From contig CBDFJQ010000002.1 in the NCBI GenBank assembly GCA_965248575.1, forward strand, positions 4,512,001 through 4,576,000: a DNA stretch of 64,000 bases, given 5' to 3'. Both the position numbers and the translations under genes were made by a program. This DNA is from Planctomycetota bacterium. GTDB taxonomy: Bacteria; Planctomycetota; B15-G4. Shown in pieces: positions 35,266 to 46,257 of this stretch (position 1 is its first letter; each line of letters opens with the position of its first letter). The notes below the pieces were generated by a model, which was not told where the DNA came from, ran no database searches, and saw nothing but the letters and a program-made list of their open reading frames with translations.

Positions 35266-37077
35266 GTGAACCGCAGCTGGATCGTCTGCCTGCTGCTCGT
35301 CGCGGCGACCTGGGCCGTGTATGCGCCGGTGCTGGAGAGCGACTTCGTCCTGTTCGACGACCCCCAGTACGTGACCGAGAACGCCCCGGTGCTCGAGGGC
35401 ATCACGGCTGACGGCCTGAGCTGGGCATTCACCACTGGGCACGCGTCCAACTGGCACCCGATCACCTGGCTGTCCCACATGCTCGACGTGGAGCTGTTCG
35501 GGGTCGAACCGGCGGGGCATCACGCGACGAACCTCGTGCTGCACGTGCTCAACGCGGTGCTGCTTTTCGGGCTGCTGAGAAGCATGACCAAGCGTCTCTG
35601 GTCGAGCGCAGTCGTGGCGGCGCTCTTCGCGCTGCACCCGTTGCATGTGGAGTCGGTCGCGTGGGTCGCCGAGCGCAAGGACGTGCTGTGCACACTGCTG
35701 GGCCTAGCGACGGTGGCCGCCTGGTACAGCTACGTGCGACGTGGTGGGGTGGCCCGGTACGCGCTGACCTTGCTGCTGTACGCGCTCGGTCTCATGGCCA
35801 AGCCCATGCTCGTGACCCTGCCGTTGGTGCTCTTGCTGCTGGACGTCTGGCCTCTCCGGCGGCTTGAGGATCGCGACGCTGCCAAACGCCACCTGCTGCT
35901 TGAGAAGCTCCCGTTGCTGCTGCTCGCGGTGGCGTCGAGCGTCGTGACGTTTCTCGTCCAGCGATCGGGTGGCGCCGTCGCGGACACGGCCTACGTGAGC
36001 TTGTCCCAACGCGCCGCCAATGCGGTCGTCTCCGCGGGCGTGTACCTGTGGCAGACCGTGTGGCCCGCCGATCTGTCCATCATGTACGTCCATCCGGACA
36101 TGCCCGGCGGCACACCCCACACGTCCGGCGTCGTCATCGGTTGCGGGCTGCTGCTGCTGGCGCTGACGATCGTCGTGCTGCGGGCTGGCAAACGGGGTGC
36201 CGCGCTCGTGGGCTGGTTCGGGTATCTCGGCACGCTCGTTCCCGTGGTCGGCCTCGTGCAGGTGGGGCTGCAGGCGCACGCCGACCGCTACACATACATC
36301 CCGCTGGTGGGAATTTTCGTGGCGGTCACCTGGTGGGGCGCCGACCAGGTGGAGACCCTGGCGCGTCGTCGACCCGCGTTGCGCGCGGCAGGCGTCGTCA
36401 TCGCTGTCGTGCTGCTTGGGGCGCTCGCGGTCCGCAGCCGATCACAAGTCATGGTCTGGCGCGACAACGAGACCCTGATGAAGCACGCGCTCAGCGTGGC
36501 GCCCACGAGTCCGCTCATGCACTTCACGCTGGGGACGGGCCTGCTTCGGGAGGGACGGTATGAAGAAGCCGTCGAGCATCTCTCCAGCGCGCTGGAGATC
36601 TCTCCCCAGGACGTGGACACGATCGCCAATCTGGGCACGGCTCTCGTTCGTCTGGGGCGGCTCGACGAGGCGCTGCCGCTGCTCCGCAACGCCGTGGCCA
36701 ACAAGCAGGACGACGCCGCCATGCAGTCCAGCCTGGCCGTGGCCCTGCGAGCGCAGGGAGCACACGACGAGGCCATGGAACACGCCCGCCGAGCGATCGA
36801 ACTCGAGCCCGAGACGGGGAGCTGGCACTACAACCTCGGCAACCTGTTGTTCGATCAGATGCGATTGGACGAGGCCAATGATCGCTACCGCCGCGCCCTC
36901 GAATTGAACCCCGAGCTCTCAGACGCGCACCGCAATTGGGCCAACATCCTCGCGCGGCAAGGCAAGCTGGACGAGGCCATCAAGCACTACCAGGAGGCCA
37001 TCCGCATCGCGCCGGATGACCCGGAGCTCCGGAAGAACCTGGGCCTGTTGCTCGAGATGGCGGACCGGCAGCCCTAG
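35266..37077 (+). CDS. TMTC-like GT-C membrane glycosyltransferase with C-terminal TPRs
   Basis: FDDPQYV, WHPITWLSH, HPLHVESVAWVAERKD, ADRYTY, many TM helices, TPRs; start approximate. Confidence 0.85.
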   Translation: MNRSWIVCLLLVAATWAVYAPVLESDFVLFDDPQYVTENAPVLEGITADGLSWAFTTGHASNWHPITWLSHMLDVELFGVEPAGHHATNLVLHVLNAVLLFGLLRSMTKRLWSSAVVAALFALHPLHVESVAWVAERKDVLCTLLGLATVAAWYSYVRRGGVARYALTLLLYALGLMAKPMLVTLPLVLLLLDVWPLRRLEDRDAAKRHLLLEKLPLLLLAVASSVVTFLVQRSGGAVADTAYVSLSQRAANAVVSAGVYLWQTVWPADLSIMYVHPDMPGGTPHTSGVVIGCGLLLLALTIVVLRAGKRGAALVGWFGYLGTLVPVVGLVQVGLQAHADRYTYIPLVGIFVAVTWWGADQVETLARRRPALRAAGVVIAVVLLGALAVRSRSQVMVWRDNETLMKHALSVAPTSPLMHFTLGTGLLREGRYEEAVEHLSSALEISPQDVDTIANLGTALVRLGRLDEALPLLRNAVANKQDDAAMQSSLAVALRAQGAHDEAMEHARRAIELEPETGSWHYNLGNLLFDQMRLDEANDRYRRALELNPELSDAHRNWANILARQGKLDEAIKHYQEAIRIAPDDPELRKNLGLLLEMADRQP

Positions 37078-37108
37078 CGCTGCGCGGCGCCCGCCCGTCG
37101 GGACCGTT

Positions 37109-38524
37109 TCAACGTCCGCCGTCGGGTTCGTGCGTGCTTCCCAGGTAGCCGAGTGCCCGCAAGTCGGCCAGGTCGTCCTCCGACATGGCTGACTGATAGG
37201 TGGCCGAGCGCAGTGACAGGGACTCACCCAGGGCCTTCAGGCTGTCGCCGAGTCGAGCGGTCAACTCTGCGTCGTCGATCGGGGTCTCGCTCCCGAGCCG
37301 ATAGAGTCGCGGCTGCCACACGTCGCTCTGCTGGCTGACCACCAGCCGATGGCTGTCCTGCACCAACCCGACGCGCGCTGTCTTCGAGCCGGCAAGAGTC
37401 GCCAGGTAAACGCTGCCGGAGGCCCCCGCCGCGCCGTCGCTCAAGAGGTTGCGTCCGGGTAGGCCGGGGGGCGTCAGCGCGCCGAGCAGGGGCGCCAGGG
37501 TTGGCAGCAGGTCGTGCAGCCCCACGGTGTCGTCGCGCACCTCCGCTTGGCCAGATGGCAGGCGCACCAAGAGCGGGACGTGCAACAGGGCCTCGTTCAA
37601 GTGCTCGCCGTGAGCGAACCAGTAGTCGTCCTCGCCCAGGCCCTCGCCGTGATCGGCGGTGAAGACGATCAGGGCGTCGTCGGTCAGGCCGCGCGCGGCC
37701 AGGCCATCCAGCAGCCGGCCGATCTCGGTGTCGAGGTGTAGGACTTCGCCTGCGTAACCCGCTCGGTAGAACGCGACATCGCGCTTGCCGTCGATCACCT
37801 GGTATTCGGGGATCGCGCCGATTCCGAACTGCTTCTCGTCGACAGGCAGCTCCCGCAAGCCGTCCGGTTTTAGGCGCTCGGCCTCGAGGAAGCGCTCGCG
37901 CAGGGCGGCGGGTGGCGTGTATGGACCGTGGGGATCCTGATAGTGGATCCACACGAACAGGTCGTCCGAGCGGGCGGAGAGTCGATCGACCAAGCTCAGC
38001 GCGGCATCGGTGGTCTCGGCGGCGGTGCGCTCGGGTATGTCGCGGTTTGCCTCGATGCGGGTGAAGGCGTTGTCGTAGGCGTCGAAGCCCAGAGCGAGGC
38101 CGGACACCTCGCGCAGCACGAAGTTGCTCACCACGGCGCCCGTCTGGAATCCGGCCGCCGCCAGCGTCTTCGTCAGGCTCGGGACGTCGGCGGGCACCAC
38201 GCAGTCGTTGCGCACCACGCCTATCTCCACAGGGTAGCGACCCGTCATCAGCGTGCTGATCGAGGGCAGGGTGAACGGCGCCGGCGCGTAGGCATGGCTG
38301 AAGCGGATGCTCTCGGTGGCGAGCTGGTCGATCCGGGGCGTGAGGTCGGGCGGGCCCCCGAAGGCGCCCACATGGTCGGCGCGCAGCGTGTCCACCGAGA
38401 TCAGCAAGACGAGCCGGCGGTCACCCGGGTTGCCCTCAACGTTGCCCTCACCGGCGCACGACAGGAGCGCCAGGGGGAGCCAGGTCATGAAGCACAGGAG
38501 CGTGCGTGGGGAGCGTGTCGGCAT
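37109..38524 (-). CDS. Sulfatase-like hydrolase/transferase (probable lipoprotein)
   Basis: SVDTLRADH, PFTLPS (no CxPxR), HYQDPH, TADHGE, C-terminal LRALGYL; LLSC lipobox-like. Confidence 0.88.
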   Translation of the reverse strand: MPTRSPRTLLCFMTWLPLALLSCAGEGNVEGNPGDRRLVLLISVDTLRADHVGAFGGPPDLTPRIDQLATESIRFSHAYAPAPFTLPSISTLMTGRYPVEIGVVRNDCVVPADVPSLTKTLAAAGFQTGAVVSNFVLREVSGLALGFDAYDNAFTRIEANRDIPERTAAETTDAALSLVDRLSARSDDLFVWIHYQDPHGPYTPPAALRERFLEAERLKPDGLRELPVDEKQFGIGAIPEYQVIDGKRDVAFYRAGYAGEVLHLDTEIGRLLDGLAARGLTDDALIVFTADHGEGLGEDDYWFAHGEHLNEALLHVPLLVRLPSGQAEVRDDTVGLHDLLPTLAPLLGALTPPGLPGRNLLSDGAAGASGSVYLATLAGSKTARVGLVQDSHRLVVSQQSDVWQPRLYRLGSETPIDDAELTARLGDSLKALGESLSLRSATYQSAMSEDDLADLRALGYLGSTHEPDGGR

Positions 38525-38717
38525 CGCGGAGGGGACGTTAGCAGATCACGCAGCAATCGTCCCCGCCGGGGTCACACTGACTACGCGCGATGACTTGAAG
38601 GACCCCTGTCTCGGGCTCCCTGATCTGCTTGGCGCTCTTCCGCTGTTCCTCCTCGCCCCGCTGTCCGCGTGCCTGAACCGGAACACGAGGGGCTTTGCAT
38701 TGCTTATCCTCCGCGTC

Positions 38718-40664
38718 GTGGCTGCCCCCCCCTCCCAAGATCCGGACGAGACCCACGACGACGGCGTCCCCATCCGGGCGGCCCTTCGTCAAGGGGGCTG
38801 GTGCGCGGCGCTGGCCCTGGTGGCGCTGACCTTTTCCGTCTGGTGGGCGGCTCTCGACTTGCCGTTGACCGGTGAGGACTACCGGATCCTGACGCGCGTC
38901 GACCAGGGGGGGGCCGGCTTCCGGAACACCTTCCGACCCGTCGCCGACCTGTGGCTGGAGATGCTCAACCCGTTCGCGGATGGGAGGTCCGCGCCCTACC
39001 ACGTCGCCTCCGTGGCGCTGCACGCGCTGAACGCGGTGCTCCTGTTCCTGCTGGCCGTCCGCCTTTCAGGGTCGCGCGCTTTCGCCTTCGCCGTCGGCGC
39101 GGTGTTCTCGTTGGGAGCCTCCAACACTGACGCCGTGGCGTGGCTGGCCGCCGTCAACCGGCCGCTGGCCACCGCCGGCGCGTTGATCAGCCTCGCGGCC
39201 CTGCTGCAGGTGAGCACGCGCCCCACCCGCGCGGCCGCTGCCTCGCTGCTGGCTGGGTTCCTCCTGCAGCTGGGAAGCAACGCAGAGGCCTACGGGACGA
39301 GCATCCTCACGCTGTCATGGCTGGCCGTCGCAGGTCTCCGAGCGCCAGGGGCCGTGCGCCGGACGTGCTGGCTGCTCGCCGGACTGCTGGGTGCACTGCT
39401 GGTGGTGCATCTGACCCTCCTGATGAAGGTGCCGGGCGGGAGCGGCGGCGACCTGGTGGGCGACGCCTCCGCGGCGTGGGGGGCCGCCGGCACGCGGCTC
39501 TCGGCGGTGGCCGACGGCCTCGGGACGAACCGTGCGACGCTGCTGGCGCTCTGTGCGCTGGGGGTGATCGCGCTGCTCGGCACCGGCCGTCGGCTGGCCG
39601 CGCTGTTCTGCGTGCTCTACTTCGTCACCTCCTTCCTGCCGTTCGTGTTCGCCGGCTCGCCCAACTACCGGCATTACCCCACGTCCGCGCCGGTGGCCCT
39701 GCTGCTGGGAGCCGCGGCCCTCGGCTGGGTGAGGCACCCCGGTCGCCGGCCCGCCGCCCCGTGGTACGCCGCGGTTGCGGTGGTGGTGCTGGCGCTGTGG
39801 GCGACGCGCGCACCCCGGGACGAGCTGCTGCAGGCGTGGGCGGAGGCCGGCGCGGAGCTGAGCGCCGCCGAGGCCGCTGTCCACGCGTTGCAGGCCGCGG
39901 GGGAGCCGCTGCCGTCGGTGGCCGTGAACGTGCATGTGACCACCAGCCAGCTCCTCGTGTACCACCTGCGCCGCCCGTTCACGGACCTCCTCCACATCGT
40001 GTCCTTCCTCGACACGCCCACCGGCACCGTGCAGCCCGTCGACGCACCGGAAGGTCGGTGGATCGGCAACCGCCGCGACGGCAGCTTCGGCCTGGTGGAG
40101 CCGGAGCACTACTTCACCGACCGTCCCCTCGTGACCCCCGTCATGCTCTCCCGCGCCCCGCGCCGCGCCGACTCACTGGAGGAGAGCCTGCGCCTGCTCG
40201 CCTCGGGCGGGGTCGACGTGACGCACGAGGTGGTGCTGGAGCGCTACGACCACGGCGACTGGCCGGAGGCCCTCGACCACATGCTCGAAAGCCCCGTAGT
40301 GGACCCCGACCGCTCGTCCATCGAGGTGCTGCTACCGTCGTCACCGCCAAACCGGGACCAACGTGTGGAGATGGAGGTCCACGTGGAGACGACGCGCCCG
40401 GTACTGCTCTGCGTCCAGGACGAGTGGATGCACCACGCCGGCACCATCCTGGCACCCGACGCCGCCTTCGTCCTGCGTGCGCACGACCCCCGAATGGCGA
40501 GGTGCCGGGCGACGCTGGCCGGAAGCGGACAGCGCTTGCGGACGTTCTTCGCCAACGCTCGGGGCACCGCCGTGCTCGTACCTGCCGGTGACCACGTGGT
40601 CCAGCTGGAGTGGACCGGCGACCCGCGCCGCCCGTTCCAGTCGCCCCGTGGTTCTCATAGGTAG
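38718..40664 (+). CDS. Polytopic membrane protein, GT-C-like, with soluble C-terminal domain
   Basis: GEDY after TM1, FRPV, LHALNAVLL, many TM helices; start uncertain. Confidence 0.7.
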   Translation: MAAPPSQDPDETHDDGVPIRAALRQGGWCAALALVALTFSVWWAALDLPLTGEDYRILTRVDQGGAGFRNTFRPVADLWLEMLNPFADGRSAPYHVASVALHALNAVLLFLLAVRLSGSRAFAFAVGAVFSLGASNTDAVAWLAAVNRPLATAGALISLAALLQVSTRPTRAAAASLLAGFLLQLGSNAEAYGTSILTLSWLAVAGLRAPGAVRRTCWLLAGLLGALLVVHLTLLMKVPGGSGGDLVGDASAAWGAAGTRLSAVADGLGTNRATLLALCALGVIALLGTGRRLAALFCVLYFVTSFLPFVFAGSPNYRHYPTSAPVALLLGAAALGWVRHPGRRPAAPWYAAVAVVVLALWATRAPRDELLQAWAEAGAELSAAEAAVHALQAAGEPLPSVAVNVHVTTSQLLVYHLRRPFTDLLHIVSFLDTPTGTVQPVDAPEGRWIGNRRDGSFGLVEPEHYFTDRPLVTPVMLSRAPRRADSLEESLRLLASGGVDVTHEVVLERYDHGDWPEALDHMLESPVVDPDRSSIEVLLPSSPPNRDQRVEMEVHVETTRPVLLCVQDEWMHHAGTILAPDAAFVLRAHDPRMARCRATLAGSGQRLRTFFANARGTAVLVPAGDHVVQLEWTGDPRRPFQSPRGSHR

Positions 40665-42014
40665 CCCAAGTGCCTCAGGGTCTCGGCGTCCATGTCCTCG
40701 AGCACGGCGACGGGCGAGGCGATTCGGCGACGGACGGAGTCGCCGGACACAACCCTTTCGTCTGCTCCCCAGGGGACCGCGAACACCAGCCAGCCGCCCG
40801 TGAGCAGCGCGGCGGGCTGTGGGACGATCAGCGAGAAGAAGGCGCAGGTCCCCAGGGCGAGCAGCGGGAAGAGCGGGTGGAACGGGAGCCGCAGCGCCTT
40901 CTTGCGCGGCGCTTGGTTGCGACGCACGCCGAGTCCGATGGCGATGAGCGCGACCCAGAGAAAGGAGACCGCGGCGACGCCGACGAGCCAGCGGAACTCC
41001 AGATAGGCTCCCAGCAGGCTCACGATCACCGAGAGGGCGACCAGGACCGAGCTGGGCAGGCGGCCGTGTGCCTCCTTCTGCTCGAACGTCTCGGGCAGTA
41101 GACCATCGACCGCCATCGCGCCCGCCAGCCGCGTGCCGCGTGTCAGGCACTTCACGAGCGTGATGATGGAGATCGCGTAGGCGAACACGGAGGCGGCGAG
41201 CTTCAGCACGTCTCGCTCCCACACGATCTCGACGATGCCCTCGGCCCGGCTCCTCAGGTCCGGGTGCTTCAAGAAAAGGTAGGCCGCAACGCTCCCGACC
41301 GCTCCGCACAGGACCCAGCCGAACACGATGACGAGCCCCAGCTTGTGGTCCGAGCGCCGGAACTGTGGGCGGTGGTCCAGCAGCAGTTCCACCATCCACA
41401 GGCCGGCGGCGGGGATGGCGACCGCGCTGAGCCAGTGGCGAGCCTTCAGGTGCTCCAGCTCGATGCCCTCGGTAACGGGCGGGGGCACGGCCAAGACCCA
41501 CCCCATGTACCCGAGCACCGCGGCGATCAGCAGCCAGCGTACGGTGTTGCGAATCTTCGGCTGCTCGTTGGGCGCAATGACCTCGCTGAGTCCGGCGATC
41601 AGCGTGATGGGTGGGACCAACAGGATGAGCGGCACATCGAGGCCGACGAACAGCTGCAGATGGTTCGCGGTGCGCAGCCCGATCGACTCGACCATGAGCG
41701 ACGCGATGGCGATGTAGCCCGCCAACGAGAGCCAGCCGGTGGCGAAGAGCACCTTCGGGCGACCGCTGCGGCGCACGATGCTGTAGGGCGTGTACCCGCC
41801 CGCGCGATTCGGACGCCCGGGCCACCAGGCACAGGATGACTGGCAGGAAGATCACCGTCGCGAGGGCGAGGCTCAGCGGCGAGTCGCTGCCTGAGATGGC
41901 CAGCACGGAGCCGGTTGCGCCGAGGCCCCAGATGCCCATGCCCACGACCGCCCCGAGGGACAGCATGGACGAGACGCCCATGTACTGACTGAAACCGACG
42001 AGGCCGAGTTTCAT
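40655..42014 (-). pseudogene. APC-family permease, frameshifted, ending in a sulfatase-like tail
   Basis: LSLGAVVGMGI N-terminus in one frame, remainder (RLAGAMAVDGLLP, RLPFHPLFP) in another after ~41800. Confidence 0.7.
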
Positions 42015-42276
42015 GAACCGATCATCCGTCGTTGATGCCGAAGTCGAACTCGCAGCAGGTCAGCATGAAGGAACAGCCTACGCCGACGAGGTGGGATCGC
42101 GCGATCCACTCTGCGCGCGAACTCCTGGGCGACACGGCTCGCTGGACGTTCGGCGGAAAACGGAAACTCCGCTCGCGCGAGCGCCTTGGCCTGTGATATC
42201 GAAAGCTGCAGGAGGACCCGGCAGCCGCAGAGACTGGCGAGCAAGCCGGGGGCACCGAGCAGCAGCGAGGCCCCGC

Positions 42277-43182
42277 ATGACCGACGACCCTCACGACATC
42301 TGGACGCTCATCGCCCTGCTGAGCCACGCGAAGCATCAGCACCACCGCGCGACGAGGGCGACCGAGATCGCGGCAATGCTCGCGGCCGGGGCTGATCCCG
42401 ACGCAGGTCGAGGGGCGCCCCTGCTGATCGCCGCGCGCATGGGCTACCGGGATATCGCCGAGGTCCTTTTGCGTGCGGGCGCCGACGTGCACGGCGGGCA
42501 CACCCACCACACGCCGTTGCTCGCTGCCGGTGGCGACACTGGGATGCGAGATCTGCTTCTGACCCACGGCGCGCAGGACACGCTGTTCTCGCTGCTCGCC
42601 TGTGGGGACGTCGAGCACGTCGTCGCCGCGGTGCGGGCCGAACCCGCATGGGCGCACATCACCGACGAGGTCGACAAGACCCTGCTCTTCCACGCCGCAG
42701 CACGGCACGACCTGCCGACGATGGAGCTGCTCCTGGATGCGGGCGCCGATCCAAACGCCATTGCGCCCAGGAGCCACGGCATCGCGCCGATCCACGGGGC
42801 CGCCCTCCACCCCGGTGCCGCGGCGGCTGACGCCGTCGCGTTGCTGCACAGCTGGGGCGCCGACCCCGACGCCGCCGACAAGGGTGGCGTGACGGCACTG
42901 CACATGGCTGTACGCGCCCGCCATCTGGACGTGGTCGCCGCGCTGCTGCGGGCGGACGCCAGCGTGGACGTCGAGGATCGGGGCCGCCGGTCGACGCCAT
43001 TGCGTCGCGCCGTGGCGCACACGGGGCGCTCGGGGACCGCGGGCAAGGGTGACGAGGTGTTGCAGATCATCCGGCTGTTGCTCGAGCACGGCGCCGACCC
43101 GAACCACCGGAACCGTACAGGCAAGACGGTTCTCGAGTCGGCGCGCAACGCGACGATCCGTCAGCTACTTGGGGGCGGCTGA
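42277..43182 (+). CDS. Ankyrin-repeat protein
   Basis: TPLLAA, TALHMAV, TPLRRAV, LL..GADP repeats. Confidence 0.9.
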   Translation: MTDDPHDIWTLIALLSHAKHQHHRATRATEIAAMLAAGADPDAGRGAPLLIAARMGYRDIAEVLLRAGADVHGGHTHHTPLLAAGGDTGMRDLLLTHGAQDTLFSLLACGDVEHVVAAVRAEPAWAHITDEVDKTLLFHAAARHDLPTMELLLDAGADPNAIAPRSHGIAPIHGAALHPGAAAADAVALLHSWGADPDAADKGGVTALHMAVRARHLDVVAALLRADASVDVEDRGRRSTPLRRAVAHTGRSGTAGKGDEVLQIIRLLLEHGADPNHRNRTGKTVLESARNATIRQLLGGG

Positions 43183-43231
43183 GCGGGCTCAATGCACACG
43201 AGGGGCCTTGTTTCGCTTGTCCTGGACCAGG

Positions 43232-44554
43232 TCACGGCCCGGAAGACGCATGCCCATAGTCCGTGTGCCTGGCTGGTCCATTTGGCATCCACGTCGTCCA
43301 AACGCCGACGCGCTGGCCGTCAGCATAGGCACCTGCTGAGCGACGTGAGCCATCGCTGTGGAAGGTTGTCCATGGCCCGTGCTTGACGCCTTGCCTGGCC
43401 TGGCCGACGGAAGCCAACGTGCCATTGGGGTGATAGTCCAGCCACTCTCCCTCCAGAATGACGTGGGCAACGTGTCCGCCCATCGTCAGGACCCGAGCGT
43501 CTCGCTGTCGCGACACCAGGTAGGGCCGTGGGTCGTGCACAAGCAGGGCGTCCCCAGGCGCGGCGACGGCTCGAAACCAATCCTCGTAGAGACGGTGGGC
43601 CGGTGGAAAGGGAACGTGCAGCTCTTGGGTCGACATGGTGTTCAAGGCGGGCATCTGCGCGGCCGGGCGCCCCACCTCTTCGAGTTTCTCGAGCTGGGTA
43701 GCCGTCACATAGACAGCGCGAGGCGTGTCGGCGTACAGGCACCACGACAGATAGGCGTCCATCCAGCCCACCCGATAGAGAGCCGGGGTCATCAACATGA
43801 GTGCACACGTAACGACCAAGACGGGCCGCGCACCCTTGAGTTCTGAGAGGGCCGGAGCTCGCCAGCGCAGGATCAAACTTGGCGCCGCCACGGCCAGTGC
43901 GAGGTTCCAGGGCCACACCGCTGGGTTCCGCCCCTGCATGAACAACATGAGCCCGCCCAGAATCCCCACATGCAGGGCACACAGCATCCAAGCGAGCGCC
44001 GGCCGCACGCGCGGCCAGAGCAATGCGAGCCCTGCCAGCGCCTCAGCGATCGCGAGCAGCCAGGCCAGTTCGTTGGCGAAGTCATGCGCTGCATCGGGCA
44101 AGAGCTCACGCCAGAAAGCCGGACCCGTCTGTTCCCGATAGTAGGTGCCCAGAAGTTTGTGCAACCCCCCGTAGAGGTAAAGCGCACCGAGGTGCGTGCG
44201 CCCAATCAAGACAGCCGAGCGCGAGGGCAGCGTGGCCCAGACCAACAGCGTCATGGACACGAACTGCGGCTGGATGCGCATCTGGTCCATGGAAATGGCG
44301 ACCATCAGCGTCAGCGAATGCAGCAGGACCCCCAGGCGGGGCCGGAACAGGATCAAGCTCAGGGTGACGCACAACAGCGGACCGACATCGGCCTGCGGCA
44401 GACCCCCAAAGAGGGGCAAGTTGGGAGGGAAGGCCCGCGTTTGCCACAACGGCCAAGTGATCCAGAGCGTCGCCGCCTGGGCGATGACCAAGACGGCTCG
44501 CAAGAACCGGCGGTCGCTCACCGATTCACTCTCGTGAACCGCCAGGTGACTCAT
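43232..44554 (-). CDS. Membrane protein (HTTM/DoxX-like) with C-terminal MORN-variant repeats
   Basis: DQMRIQPQ, YLYGGLHK, VWPWN; GEWLDYHPNG/GPWTTFHSDG/GVWTTWMPNG. Confidence 0.7.
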   Translation of the reverse strand: MSHLAVHESESVSDRRFLRAVLVIAQAATLWITWPLWQTRAFPPNLPLFGGLPQADVGPLLCVTLSLILFRPRLGVLLHSLTLMVAISMDQMRIQPQFVSMTLLVWATLPSRSAVLIGRTHLGALYLYGGLHKLLGTYYREQTGPAFWRELLPDAAHDFANELAWLLAIAEALAGLALLWPRVRPALAWMLCALHVGILGGLMLFMQGRNPAVWPWNLALAVAAPSLILRWRAPALSELKGARPVLVVTCALMLMTPALYRVGWMDAYLSWCLYADTPRAVYVTATQLEKLEEVGRPAAQMPALNTMSTQELHVPFPPAHRLYEDWFRAVAAPGDALLVHDPRPYLVSRQRDARVLTMGGHVAHVILEGEWLDYHPNGTLASVGQARQGVKHGPWTTFHSDGSRRSAGAYADGQRVGVWTTWMPNGPARHTDYGHASSGP

Positions 44555-44934
44555 GGGCACCCGTGCCCTGCGGGATCCCGCGTCTCAGATGTCCAGCGCA
44601 TCAGCCGCCCTCCAGAGCAGATGCCCATTACCTCACGACTCGCCACTTGGCGCCACACTGCGCGCCGAGCAAATCCTGCCCCGCAGACCCAGGCGAACGT
44701 GTCACGCCTGTCGTCCCCTGCACACCGTTGCTCGCCGTGAACCCAAAGGGCACGGCCACGTTCTAGGGGCACGGATCACCTCGACGTCCAGGTGCAGCTC
44801 GTCGTCGACGACGGTGTCGGGCTGTTGCTGGGTCTGACCGTTGGCCCCCCGGGGCCGCATGCCCGGCGCAACACACGCGCTTTCCATGCGCCGTTGAGTT
44901 GCGACGACGTGCCGTGCAGTCCACACTCCGCACG

Positions 44935-46188
44935 ATGCCCGCTCCTGTCCTGCACCCACTCGTGGCCGATTGGCCCGCGCCGTCTGAGAAGGCTGTGCGG
45001 CTGCGGGTCAGCGGCTCGACGGAATCGAGCCTTCGACGCGGGCACCCCTGGGTCTACACCGAGCGCATCCAGGAGCAGAACCGAGACGGTGAGGCTGGGG
45101 ACCTCGCCGTGGTCTTCGATCGCAAGCGCGCGTTTCTGGCCGTGGGCTTGCTCGACCCTCACTCGCCCATCCGCATGCGCGTGCTGCGTGCCCGGGAGCA
45201 GGGGCCCATCGATGGGGAGTTCTTCGCGGAACGCGTCGCCGCAGCCCTTGCCCGGCGTGCGGCGCTGCCCGCCACGGACACCGACGGCTACCGTCTGATC
45301 CACGGCGAGAGCGACGGCCTGCCCGGCTGCATCGTCGATCGCTACGCCGACACCGGTGTGGTCAAGCTGTACAGCCACGCCTGGTTGCCGCACTTGTCCA
45401 GCCTGCTCGGCGCGCTGCTCGAACAGCAACCGCTGCAACGCCTCGTGCTTCGATTCTCACGGCAGCTGTCGTCGGACGCTCAGCTGCTGCGCGGCTTGCA
45501 CGATGGCCTGACCATCTTCGGTGAGCCCTGCACCGAACGTCTCGTCTTTCGCGAGAACGGACTCTGCTACGAGGTCGACCCGGTGAACGGCCAGAAGACG
45601 GGTTTCTTCCTCGACCAGCGGGACAATCGCGCGCGCGTGGGGGAGTTGTGCCAGGCGGCGCGGGTGCTCAACGTGTGCAGCTACACGGGCGGATTCTCTG
45701 TCGCGGCGGCCCGCGGGGGGGCCACGGAGGTTGTCAGCCTCGACCAGAGTGCGCCCGCGCTGGACGCCGCAGCACGCAACTTCGCGCTCAACGCCGAGCA
45801 GCCGGGAGTGGCCGCCGCACGCCACGAGTTGCTGCAGGGAGACGCCTTCGCACGCTTGGCCGAGTTGGCGGCGGACGGCCGCCGCTTCGACGTCGTGGTG
45901 GTCGACCCGCCAGCTTTCGCGCGTAAGCGTGCCCAGGTCGACAAGGCCTGTCAGGCCTACGAACAGCTCAACACCCTGGCGCTGGCAGTGCTTGAGCCCG
46001 GCGGCTTGCTGGTCAGCGCCTCGTGCTCGAGCCCGGTTTCGTCAGAACGCTTCCGAGCCTCGCTCGATGCGGCGAGCCGGCGAGCGCAACGCCCGTTGCA
46101 CGACATCGTCGAAACCGGCCACGCCGTGGACCACCCGCTCGACTTCGACGAGAGCCGCTACCTGAAGTGCCTGTTCGCGCGAGGCTGA
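44935..46188 (+). CDS. RlmI-like SAM-dependent rRNA methyltransferase
   Basis: GHPWVY, HGESDGLPG, GQKTGFFLDQRDNR, YTGGF, DPPAF. Confidence 0.92.
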   Translation: MPAPVLHPLVADWPAPSEKAVRLRVSGSTESSLRRGHPWVYTERIQEQNRDGEAGDLAVVFDRKRAFLAVGLLDPHSPIRMRVLRAREQGPIDGEFFAERVAAALARRAALPATDTDGYRLIHGESDGLPGCIVDRYADTGVVKLYSHAWLPHLSSLLGALLEQQPLQRLVLRFSRQLSSDAQLLRGLHDGLTIFGEPCTERLVFRENGLCYEVDPVNGQKTGFFLDQRDNRARVGELCQAARVLNVCSYTGGFSVAAARGGATEVVSLDQSAPALDAAARNFALNAEQPGVAAARHELLQGDAFARLAELAADGRRFDVVVVDPPAFARKRAQVDKACQAYEQLNTLALAVLEPGGLLVSASCSSPVSSERFRASLDAASRRAQRPLHDIVETGHAVDHPLDFDESRYLKCLFARG

Positions 46189-46257
46189 GCGATGCGGCAC
46201 TGCCAGGATGCGAATCGCTGGTGGCCTGCGGCTTCGTCCCGGCGTGACCCTAGCGGC

